DNA of 64,000 nt from Geosiphon pyriformis uo1 (lineage: Eukaryota; Fungi; Glomeromycota): positions 237,866 to 301,865 of the forward strand of contig JAAOMT010000514.1 in NCBI GenBank assembly GCA_016748015.1, written 5' to 3'. The notes under the pieces are model-generated. The model was given only the letters and a program-made list of their open reading frames with translations. It was not told the origin of the DNA and did not search any database. Shown here in pieces: positions 24,400 through 36,225 of this stretch. Position 1 is the first letter of the stretch, and each line of letters begins with the position of its first letter. Made by a program: the position numbers and the translations under genes.

Positions 24400-26380
24400 T
24401 GAGCTGGTGGAATGGTGTGGTTGGAAGGATTTGATCTTGGTGTTGCAACTTCACTTTCAGAAAGTACAGGTTATTGAAAATCCGATTCCTCTGGTATTGT
24501 AAGATAACTGGGTTGAGTATGATAGTAATTGGGTCTTTGCTAACCAGAATTTCAGGGAACCAACTGGTTATTTGAATTGATTCTGTTGTTGTTACTCTAC
24601 AATTAATTTTGGGGTGTGGATTGGTTATGTTGAACCAATTTTCTTGCTGGTACTTGATATTGTTGAGTGGGTGGTGTCTGATATGGCTGAATTGGTAAAG
24701 GTTGCTGATATTGTTGCTGCATTGGTTGTGGAGCTGGTGAATAGTAACTGTTTTGATTTTGTAGTTTTTGTGAATAATAGGTTGGTGGTGAAGATTGGTA
24801 ATAAGATTGTTGTAATGAAGAGTAACATTGATTACTCCTGTTTTGCTAGTCTCTTTGTAATTTCCTACAATCTCGTTTCCAGTGTCCTGGAATTCCATAA
24901 TAATAACAAGTTTGAGATTGGTTGTTGGATGGTGATCCAAAATTGTTTTGGTTGTATTATTGTGGGAGTTAATATCTTTGTGGTTGTTGTTGCTGTTGTT
25001 GTTGGTTTGTGAAGTAGCTTTCAACCTTTTTTGTGAGTTGGTCTATCTTCTCTTCAGCTGCTAAGCTGGTTTCTCCAATTGCAAGATTTACAAGCTTGGT
25101 GTGATTTGCTTCTTCTATTGTTATTTCATAGCTCTTTGCATGTCTAATAGCAGTTGCTAAGTTTGCTGAAGCATGTGAATGGACTTTCTTAATCAGTTTG
25201 TCTTTTAGCTCTGCTATAAACTGATCCAGAATTTGAGCATCAGAATAGTAGTTATTGGTTTCCAATTGTCAGATTTGTTTGAGAAGTTTGTTAAATCTTC
25301 CAAAATAAGTTATAACAGTTTCAGATGTTTCTTGTTTAACATTGTGAAAGTGGTTTCTAAGAGTGATAGAGATATTGTTGTCAGTGAATTGTTGTAGAAA
25401 AGCATCTTTGAATGCTTGCCAGTTTTTAAATAGTTCTTCTAAATTTTCAAATCATTTTTCTGCTGTTTCTTGGAGAAAGTAGGGAATTGCTTTAAGCATT
25501 TTTGCTGCAATCCAACCATTTGCATCTTCTGCTTTTTGAACTTTGTTGAGCCATTTTTGAAGACTGGTATCATTATTTTCACCCATAAATTCTGGAATCT
25601 TTGCAATGTAAGCAGTTGCCATTTCTTCTTTGTTTTCTGTGGCTTCTTCTTATTCTGATTCAGTTTCTTTACTTTCCAAATTTTCTGAATAATCACTTTC
25701 ATTTTCCTGCAAGTATTCAATAATATTGGTGCTTGTTGATATAGGTTCCTGCTGTTGAGTAGGATTTCTAGGTGATTGAAAATCTTTTGGTCTGAAGAAA
25801 TAGTTAAGTAGTGAATTTGGTGTTTGTGATCGAGCAATTGAAATTAGAAATAGTGTGATAGAAAGTGGTAATTTGACACTGGTTCTTTGTTCAGGTGTTT
25901 GCAAGTGTTTGGCAGTTGTCTTTGGTAGTATTGGAGTGTTTGGAGTGGTTTTTGAGTGTTGTTTCACTTTTTGTTTGCCTTTGTTGCCTGTTTCTGTTTC
26001 TGATTCAAAGTCAAAAGAGTATTTAGACTGTACTGGATATTTTTCTTTACAATACTTGATAATGTTGTAATTGAGTTCTTGAAAGTAGGTGGCAAGTGTT
26101 TCACTGTTAAGGTCTTCTGTTCCCAATCGTGAATAGTGTACTAGATTATTGTAGAGGTTGCTTCTCACTTCTGAAATGTTGTAATTTCCAAGAAGATAAT
26201 TGTTAATATGGTTTTCAATGTATTGGTAGAGTGTTTTTTCAACAATTTCAATTCTGTCTGGGATGTTGAATCTCTGCTTGCAATGAGTGTAAATTGATTG
26301 ATAATACTCTAGAGTTGTTGTGTCTGGTGTGGTTGCCACTTTAAAGTTTGTTGTTTGCTGTGTTATTTCTATAAGAGAGC
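24400..26380 (-). pseudogene. Gypsy gag (family C)
   Basis: AYIAKIPEF...KAIPYFLQ capsid-like segment, QILDQFI, Gln-rich tract, knuckle remnant. Confidence 0.8.
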
Positions 26381-27395
26381 ACCAAATGTTACTGGAGGTT
26401 TTTGGTCTCTTTTCTTGAATGTTGTAAATGTCTGTTGGTTGCAAATTCACGTTTTCTAGAAGTAGTTAAACCTCCAATAACTGAATTTATCTTCAAATTA
26501 TCTCCTATAATTTGAACTGTTGGGCTTATGAGTGGAATGGCCAATTCTGTGCCAGTTACTTTATGTAGTTACATTGTAATAAATGTCAACTCTTTCCCAG
26601 GAATTGCTTATCTGGAAGCTCACTAAAATGTGTAGTTACTTTGCTGTGAAAGTCAACTTTTCTACAGAAATCTCATCTGTAAGCTACCTTAATAATTGTA
26701 ATAAGAAAATACAAGAAAATAAAAGAAATGTAAAAGAAATAGAATTCTGTTAAGGGAAACATTTTCTATCCAGGCCTGGAGTTACTAACAGTTTACTAAA
26801 ATTGGTAGCTAATCAATTTCGAAATATTAGTTGGGTTTTGGGGATTTTCCAAGTGCAATAATTAAAGAATTTGGTTTTTCAAATTATTTGATATTTATTT
26901 CTTTTTGTGTGTATAGGAACGGTTTTAAGAGATAAATTTAAAGTAAGATACATTTTTTTGAAGAAAAAAGCTTTTCTTTTATACAACTTGTTGTAGTACT
27001 AGTCTATGAACTTGCACTTTTTCTCTTTGCTCAAATTTCGGCAAACTAAAGATACATTTTGATGAACTATAAGTTATTTTGCTGAACTATTGATTAATTT
27101 GGATGAATTATTCATAATTTCGGCGAATTTCTATAAATTTCGGCGAATTTCATATAAATTTTGGCGAATTTCTGTAAATTTTGGCGAATTTTAGAATGTT
27201 ACAAAGTTCAGGGTATTGTGTAATTTGATCATCTTACTTTCTGTTGTACTAATTGGATTATTAATTGAATCGTGATATGTGTTAAATTGATTAAATAATA
27301 AGTGATAATTTGGATTGATATTAACATGTTAATTACTGATAGGAATTATAAGGATAATTTCATGCTAATTAATAGCTAAAATTCTACTGGTAACA

Positions 27396-28472
27396 CCATG
27401 GACTCATTAATGGCTGAATTAGTCCATTGTCTAGCATCTGGTTGATTTCTTGACAAATGATTTTATGGCTGGCTGGTGGTACTCTGTACGTTCTTTGTTT
27501 AATTGGCATCACATCTCCAGTTTTGATCTGATACTGGATTATGCTGGTTCTGCCAAATTTATTTTTACTGGCAAAGATATTATTAAATTTGTTGAGTAAC
27601 ATCTTTAGTTGCATTTGTTGGAGTGGGTCTAGATTCCTCATGTTCATCTGTTCCAATTGTTCTGGGTGAAGCAGATAACATTTGTTTTGTCTGTAAATGG
27701 TTTGTGATGTAATGTCCACATATCTGCAAAGTTGTAAAAAATCTGGAACATGATTTGGTGGTTGATCCTCAACTTGAGTGGTTAAATATCCAATGATAGT
27801 TTCTTTTGGTATTTCAATGACACTTTCCGTTGTATTGTAGATGGAAATTTTGATGTTTTTTGGGCTTTTGGCTGATATGTAGAGATTAGTGAGTCCAATC
27901 TCTCCTGATTCACAAATGGTGGCTTCTGCTTCAAATAATTGAGCTTGATTCTTTACTTTTCTTTTTATGGCTAACATATACTGGTCATATAGTGGAATGG
28001 AAATTGATTGACGGGTTGAGATAATTTCTCCTTTGTCAATAACTTCTTCCTTCATCATATTAACTGGTATATCTATTCTACTCATTGATCCAAATCCCTG
28101 TATCCCTTTAGCAGTAATCCCTAATTCTTCTCTATTTCCTATTGACACTAACTGAGCTATTTTCACCAGAGATAGAAATATTGCCTGTGCTATCTTTTTA
28201 TTTGGCTCTATGGTATAGGTCTTTTCTGAGTTATTTTGTAGCATAGTGATAATATTTCTTACATATCCCATATCAATTATTTCTCCTCTGATGTTGATTC
28301 CTTTTTTCACTAAACTATTTCTAGATGCTAATTGGACCATGGTTGTTGCTAGAATTTCCAGAGCTATTTTGAGATCAATACATGTGTGTGAATTTGGTTC
28401 CAATTGGATGGCTTCTTTTCCTGGATATTTCAGGTCAAACCTTGCATTGGTATCATGTGTGCATTCTGGCAT
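27396..28472 (-). pseudogene. dUTPase domain, linker and RT N-terminus (family B)
   Basis: (D/N)ARFDL, ASRNSL, GEIIDMGY, IAQ, KGIQGFGS, then PIKQRTYR...IQPLMSPW. Confidence 0.92.
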
Positions 28473-28699
28473 GATATCTTTATTATTATTATTATACTAT
28501 TTGAGTTCCTGCTCTTTAAAGAGATCAGGAAGTGCAATGTATATTTCAGAGTTTGAATCAGAATCTGAATTATTAACATTTTTATTTCCATATTGTGTGG
28601 AGCTGGAACCGGTGTTTTTGTCATCATTGTTGTTGGAATTTGAATCGGAATTGAAAACTGATTCCAATTCTGATGCGCAGCTGCTCATTGGTTCGTTTT

Positions 28700-29420
28700 C
28701 TTCTGGGATTGTGTAAATCATGCACGGTAGTGGATTGTAAATGAGGTCACACTCATTACAATATTGGAAGTCACATGAGATCAAACAGTGGTCACATAAT
28801 TAGGTGTTTATTTCTTCCAAGTGTTGTTCTTGCTCTTCTCTGATAGATGCCAAATTCTGGTAATGTTCATGAAATTCCTTTGGGCCTGTTTCTATGTTGA
28901 AAAACACCTCTGGGTTTGGAATGAAAATAATGTCAACTGGTTCTGGTGGGCTATTTTTGATTTTTAAGATTTTGTTAGGCATGACTCTTTCAATTTTGGC
29001 ATTGGCCATATGCCAGATCTTGTCCTCATTATGTGGATACCTGTCCAAGTGACTGATTGCTTGGTGCCAGACTGCAGTAATAGGTGTTTCACAACTCACC
29101 CAGTTGCTGATAAGGATCATGTATTGGCATAAAGCATTGCACATTCCTCTTCAGCCAGAAATGTTGTTCCACATTTCTTTGTTGAGTAGTTGTTCACCAC
29201 AAGCAAGACATGGTTTATTGTCTTACTTGCCTTGTCTTTTTGAGTAGCCATAGCATTTGCGGTGGCAAGGTTTACAATAATAATGGGTTTGCATCTAGTA
29301 ATCTTTATCTGACACAACCCAAGCACTCATGTAAGAGAGTTTCTTTCCACAATCCTTGTATTTAAGGGGTATATATGGTGGCTCTTTTATTGGTTTCTGT
29401 AAGTATTTTCATTCCCAGCC
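28700..29420 (-). pseudogene. Cys-rich putative zinc-binding region of pol (family B)
   Basis: PPYIPLKYKDCGKKL, YYCKPCH, CLACG, CNALC, CDHCLISCDFQYCNEC. Homologous to 23100-23780. Confidence 0.6.
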
Positions 29421-29739
29421 ACTAGTTATTTCCTTTGTGGCAGTGGTTTCCTTGAGTAGATCTTCTTTCTCCTTATCGGTTTCTTCCCATTCTCAAGTTA
29501 GCTCATCCTGATCATGGTTAGTTTCCTAGGTTTGGTTGGCATTCCAGGTAAGTTTGGTCTCCTTCTGTTTTTCTTTGCCATTGTCATCCCAGGAGAGTAT
29601 TAGTGGCAACTCATTGTGGTTTTTGTCAGCCCAAAAAACTTGATAAACTTCCCAGGTAGGTTTCTCTTTTTCTTCTTCCAATTCAATAAGTGGGGCTGAT
29701 GGTGTGGTAATGAGTTTGAAGTGGCTATACATGACTGGT

Positions 29740-30100
29740 ATTCATGTGTGTTGGCCATTTTGGCTGATTTGCAACTCTTGAATAATCCAGTCAAGCATTG
29801 CATTTGTTTTGGACAGCCAGTTGTTACTAACTAGAGCTTAGTATTAGGTGACTTCCATAACCAGTACTTTGATTGGTATAATGAGGCCATTGACTTCAAA
29901 TGGGAAGTTATCTATCTTGCTGATGGGAGGTTTTGTAGCTCCATCAGCCATAATAATCCTAGTGCTAATAGCATGATCAACTCGGTGACCTAATTGGTCC
30001 ATAAGTTGTTATGTAATTATGCTGCCTGTGGACCCACTGTCAAGTATTAGCTTGATAGATTGACCATCAACTTTAGTGTTAGTATACATGGCCATAATTG
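29740..30100 (-). pseudogene. Gypsy aspartic protease (family B)
   Basis: IKLILDSGSTGSII on the minus strand near 30020-30055. Confidence 0.85.
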
Positions 30101-30199
30101 GTTTGGTGTTTAGCGCAGCTCTACTAAATAATAAAACAGATGTAATTTCGTCAAGATCAAAAAGGAATATGGCAGCTAGTGATTCATTTTCAGTACTGG

Positions 30200-33166
30200 T
30201 GGCTGGAGGTATATTACTAGTAAGTGATTTGTTTTGGTTGTATTCTGGGTTGTTAGGTACTGCATTTTCTGGATTAACCAGAAGACTTAAGTAGTGTTGG
30301 GAATTCTGGTTTTGGGGTTGCCCAGTTCCAGAATTCTGAGAACGTAATCCTGTTAATAAGTAGGAGAAACTTGGGATCGGTTAATGGATAACCATCGCTG
30401 ATCTCCAGTTTTGACTGACTCTTGATCTGGGATTTTCTGATGTCATTTGGGCTGAGTTTGATAGTAGTGTTTGAACTGCAGGTGTCTGATAAATTATTTG
30501 TGACTGCAGTAGTTGATATATTACTGGTGGCTGTGGTTGATAAACTGAAGATTGATATATGGGTGGTTGATATATTGGTTGTTGCATTATTGGCAGGTAA
30601 GTTGGTTGATATGGTGCTGGATTAGATTGGTAATTTGGAGTTGGAAACTGGCAATCGGGGTTCTGATATTGATTTCCTGATCTTTGGTTGTCTATTCTTA
30701 ACCTACAATCAATCCTTAAATGTCTTTGTTTACCACAATAGTGGCAGATATACATCTCTTGCTGCCATGGCTGATTGGATGATAATGATGAACGCGACTG
30801 ATTTTGTGAGCGATTTGTGATTTCAAAATTATTGTGTTATTGGGGTGGCTGATAAATTGTATGATTGTCAACTAAGTATCTCTCTAATTTCTGATTAATG
30901 GAATCACTGAATTGTTTCAATTTAGAATCCAATTCAGATGATCTATTTATCACTAGGTTAATGGCTTGGGCATGATTAACTTTGAGTTTAGCTGCTTTAA
31001 AATCTTAGGTGTTGGTAATTGTGGCTTGAAGATCTGCTGGATGCATTGAACATACGCATTAGAGAATGCTACTGTGCAGGCCTCTAATAAATTGGTTTAG
31101 GATTTGTGGCACTATAAAATAGTCAGTCTGAATTGCTTGAATTTGGCACAAATTCTTATAAAAAGGTCTTAGATAAGTAGTAACTGCTTCATTTTCTCCT
31201 TGTTTAATAGTAGTGAAAGTGTTTGTTAGCTAATTAATACTATTATTGTTGCTGAAGTATTGTAGGAATACAAGCTTAAATGCAGCAAAATCTTGGAATT
31301 TGTTAGCCAAGCTTTGATATCATGAATTGGCGGTATCTTGGAGAAAATAAGGAATGGTCTACATGGCTCTGGCATCATTCCAGCCATTGGCTGCAATGGC
31401 TTTTTCCACATTGTTTAGCCACACTTGGGTGTTGTCTTCTTCGCCGGTGAATTTTTTAAGTTTGGCTATTGGTATATATGCCATTGGATCTATGTTGGAT
31501 TGTAGTGGTTGTTGAAGTTGTTGTTATGGCTATGGAAGCGGCTGCTGTGGTAGTTGAAGTGGTTGAAGTGGGTGTTGTTGCTGTTTGTCGATTGGTGGAG
31601 CTGGAGGTAGATTGATCACGATTACTGAAGGTAAGTGTTGTTGATTATTGATGTTGGAGTTTTGATAGTTCTAATTGTGCTGTGTTTGGAAATTTGGAGT
31701 CTTAATTTCTGGATTTTCCAAATTTAGATTTTGCTGAGTCTGAAAATTTGGGGTTTCAATGTTCAGGTTTTCTGGGATCAGATTTTGGTAAGTAAATTCT
31801 TAATCTTCAGATTCTTCTTCCTCTTTTTCTTGTTCCTCTTCTGAATCTATTACTTCCCAGGGACTTGTGGTTCTGAAATCTGGCTGTGGTGGCAGTGATT
31901 GGAATTCTGATGGCATTGGCAATTGTGATTTAAATCCTTCAAAGTAATTGCCATATGGTCCCAATAACTCTGCTTTTCTTTGTTTACTTTGAAATGGGAA
32001 GCATCCAAAGGTTGATGTCGCATTTAATGTAGACACATCTGTTGATGAAATGTTAATGGCACTTCTGGACATATAATAGTATTATTACAGGTTGGAGTAA
32101 CAAGCTAACAGATAGCAAGGGAGAACAGAATTGTAGGGTGATGGAAATAATCAAAGAGAATTCAACTTCAATGAGCAAATTGAATGAGTATGAATTCAAT
32201 GTGCGAGATCAGTCTCATAAAATATCTCAGTCACTATTCTTTTCAAAAGGTAACAAGGGAATCTGAAAGTAGAGAGATAGTCTGTACTGTCAACAATTGA
32301 TCACCACTAGTATAATTCTATGCCTCACATCAGCACTCTTAGAATTCAATATCAGGTATCAACTTGTGCTTTTCAGTTACGTTTATTCAAATAATCTTCA
32401 AATGCTACAATTATATACATCAAAAAAAGGCCAACAAGTAATTTTTTATCCTAAGATGTTTGGATACTTGAAAGTAAGGAAAGAAAAATTAGCGATAAGA
32501 GAGTGATTGAGATGAAAGTTGTTATTTTTATTTATTTGATTCTTGTCTGAAAGATGATTTTCTACAGCTAAGAGACTCATCACTTATATAGCTAATGAAA
32601 GTGGTCAACGATTAGATCAATGATCAGGTCAATGGTCAGGTCATTGATCAGGTCAATAATCACTATCTAAAAATAGAGTGGCTAATTATATGACATTAGT
32701 GGCTAATACATGTGATAACTAATAAAAATTATGGGTTTCAATCATAACAGTATGATGAATTGGTGGGTGATTCGACTTGGGTTTTTTTCCAATTGGGTGG
32801 TTGTATTTGTTTTGGAATTACTGCTGGGATTTGCAATCTTTCTTTGCCTTTATCTGCATAGGTGATAGGAAATTGTTGTTGTGTATACCTTTCAATAGTT
32901 TGATTGATTTCCTTAATAATTGGTGCAAAACTGTAGTTTCTTAGTAAGCTGGTATGTTGAAATAATTCTGTATAGAAATTTTCTCTTGCAGATTCAATGT
33001 TAACTGTTCCTTCTAAACAGTCTGTAATTTTATCATTGATGTAGAAGTTGAAGGCAGATTCTGCTGGGAAGTGATTATTGTTTAATCCTAATTGTTGACT
33101 GTATTGTTGGAATAAGGATTTGGCAAATCTTAAATGGTTTGTTCCTATGATTTCTGATTCTGCCAC
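30200..33166 (-). pseudogene. Gypsy gag (family B), interrupted by a solo A LTR
   Basis: Capsid-like FTGEEDNTQVWLNNVEKAIAANGWND and knuckle CHYCGKQRHLRIDC. Confidence 0.85.
32083..32749 (-). mobile_element. Solo LTR, family A
   Basis: A-type termini, exact TSD GTAT. The host gag frame rejoins across it. Confidence 0.92.
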
Positions 33167-33228
33167 TTTTGGATAATTGTTAATAGTGCTGGTTTTCTGT
33201 AGGATTATATCTCACAGAGAGCACCAAA

Positions 33229-34095
33229 TGTTACAGATGTTTATTTGGGGTCTTAAGTCAAATAACAAATCCATAACTTGGTGCTTGGTTGGTATTCCAA
33301 TGTTGAGATTTGAAGGTTTTGGTAATCTAAAGGTTTATTGTAAAGTTTTTTATATAATAGACAGAGATTTAATAGTTGTTTTAGTAGCCTCCTGGAATCA
33401 CAATTCTGTCAAATTTTTTTCTCAGTGTGGTGGCCAGTAATCCTTCTGATAAGCTATCCTCAAATCTATGAGTGTTTTACCCTTGTTTCACAGGTCTTTT
33501 ACCAGTTCCTATGATGTCTGTATCTTAGCGCTTAATCCTTAATCAATTTAGTAAAACCAAAGAAATAACAAAAAAAGAAATAAAAGAAAAATAAAAGAGA
33601 ATAAAGAAATAAACAAAAGCAATTGCAAGTTAGTATCCTGTCAATAGCCATGATCAAAAGCTATTGTTCTAGCAGGGTTAAGTATTAATTATTATCAACA
33701 TAAAGTGTTAATAGTGGAGAGTAGATTTAAATGGTAAATGATTTATTTATTTAATATTTGTAGATGGAAGATTTCTAACTAAGAGATTCTTATGGAAGGA
33801 TTCTGCTTTTTTCTACTTCTAACACTATCACTATATATACATAATTGATGTTTTACAAGATCACTCACATTTTTGAGTAATGTGTTATGATTTCTTGAGC
33901 AATGTTCACATTGCTGAGCAATGTGCTCTAATTTTCTAACATCACTCCACATTGCTGAGCAATGTGCCATATTTTTTGACATTGCTCCACATTGTTGAGC
34001 AATGTGCCATGATTTTTGACATTGCTCATATGCTAAATACTATTCTCTTATTGGTCTGCTATTTTCTATATCTGTTTTCTTTTTTATGAGTAACA
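33229..34095 (-). repeat. 5' LTR of family B element
   Basis: TG...CA with adjacent PBS. Confidence 0.93.
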
Positions 34096-34228
34096 ATGTT
34101 TACTAGCTATTGCTTGCATTTGCTAACTATTGCTCGTATTTGCTCTGTGTTACCTTGGGTTGTACCGCATTTTTCTTGTCACATTTTTTTGTTACATTTT
34201 TTCATAGCTTTTTGGTTTTTCTACTTGG

Positions 34229-36225
34229 TATTACTTATAAAAAAGAGATATAAAAATAGTAGATCAATAAAAGAGTAGTAGTTAGCACATAAGCACATTG
34301 CTTAAGAAATTATAGCACATTGCTTAAGAATATAAACAATCTCATAGAATCCAAATTATGTATATATAATGATAGCATTAAAAATAGAAAAGATGGATCT
34401 TTCAGTTTTAAATTTCATTTAAGCAATCTTCCAATTCACAAAATATCAAATAAATAATTATTTTCTATCTTAATCCACTCTCCACTATTAACACTACATG
34501 TTGATAGTAATTGATACTTAACCATGCTGGAACAATAGCTCTTGATTATAACTATTGACAGGATACTAACTTGCAATTGCTTTTATTCAAATCTTTATCT
34601 TTTGCTTTATTTTTTTTATTGTTTTGATCTTATTGTTGTTTACTAATTGATTGAGAATTAAAGCGCTGAATTATTGATGTCATGGATAGCCTGATAAAAG
34701 ACCCAAAGATAAAGGTAAGAATATATATATTAATGGATAGCTTACCAAAAGAGCACAACTGTCAGATTAAACTGGCCACCACACTGAAGACAGAAATTGA
34801 AAAAACCACTCACCAATTACATTAACATTGAATCTTTGTCTATTATACAAAGAACTCAATTCTAAAAACCTTTAGATACAATTAACACACCAGTATTACC
34901 AATATTATTAAGACATTGAGCACCAAGTTATGGATTTGTTATTTGATTTGAGATTCCAAATAATCATCTATAACATTTGGTGCTCCCTGTGAGGTATAAT
35001 CCTACAGAGAACCAGCACCAATAACAACTATTCAAAAGTAACAGAATCAGAAATCATAGAAGCAAACCATTTAGAATTCATGAAATTCTTGTTTCAACAA
35101 TACAGCTAACAATTAGGATTAAACAATAATCACTTCCCAGCAGAATCTGCCTTCAACTTCTACATCAATGATAAAATTACAGACTGTTTAGGAGAAACAG
35201 TTAACATTAAATCCACAAGAGAAAATTTCTATACAGAATTATTCCAACATACTAGCTTACTAAAAAACTATAGTTTTGTACCAATCATCAAGAAAATAAA
35301 TCAAATCATTGAAAAATACACACAACAACAATTCCCAATCACTTATGCAGACAAAGGCAAATGAAAATTGCAAACACCAGCAGTAACACCAAAACAAATA
35401 CAACTATCTACTTGGAAGAAAACCAGAGTTGAATCACCAATAAACCCATCATACCACTATACATCTAGAAGTGCCATCAACATTTCATCAACAGACACAT
35501 CCACATTACATGCAACATTAACTTTTGGATAACTCCCATTTCAAAGTAAACAAAAAAAAGCAGAATTACTAGGAACCTATGGCGATTATTTTGAAGGATT
35601 TAAATTGTGATTGCTAATACCATCAGAATTCCAATCACCACCACCTCAACCAGATTTTAAAAACACAAGTCCCTAGGAGATAACAAAATTAGAGGAGAAA
35701 GAAAAAGAAGTTGAAAATCAAGAATTTACTTACCAGAACCCGATTCTAGAAAATCCGGACATTGAAACCCCAAACTTTCAGACTCAGCAAAATCTATATT
35801 TAGAAAATCCAGAAATTGAAACTCCGAATTTTCAAATACAGCACAATTAGAACGATTGAAACCCTAAAACAATTAATCAGCAAAAATTACCTCCAATAAT
35901 CATCATCAATCAACCACTAATTGAACTGATTATTGAACCAATTCAATAGCAGTCACTTCAACCACCCCAACAATTACAACAGCTGCTTCTACTGCCATAA
36001 CAACCATCTCAATAACCACAAATCATAGCACCAATAGCATATGCTTCTATTGCCCAACTTGAAAAATTTACTAGTAAAGAGGATGATGCCCAAGTGTGGC
36101 TAAACAATATGGAAAAAACCATTGCAGCCAATGAATAGGATGATGTCAGAGCCATGCAGGCCATTCTTTACTTTCTTTAAGATACTATCAATTCATGATA
36201 TCAAAGCTTGGTTAACAAACCCCCA
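34229..36225 (+). mobile_element. Truncated family B-subfamily element (5' LTR 34229-34975, PBS 34978-34993, gag 5' half)
   Basis: Inverted homolog of 31300-34095. PBS TGGTGCTCCCTGTGAG. Ends abruptly at ~36226. Confidence 0.88.

Larger units (their letters stand above)
17432..27395 (-). mobile_element. Full-length Ty3/gypsy element, family C, nested in the RT of element B
   Basis: LTRs 17432-18440 and 26387-27395 (~1 kb). Exact TSD CCAT. PBS TGGTGCTCTCTTATAG 26369-26384. PPT GAGGAAGAGG next to 18440. Confidence 0.95.
13268..34095 (-). mobile_element. Ty3/gypsy element, family B (gag-PR-Cys-rich-dUTPase-RT-RH-IN-ORF3), carrying nested element C and a solo A LTR
   Basis: LTRs 13268-14157 and 33229-34095. 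Exact TSD ATGT. PBS 33211-33226. PPT AAAAGAAGGAGA near 14160-14172. RT is split at SPW|SSP by element C. Confidence 0.93.
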
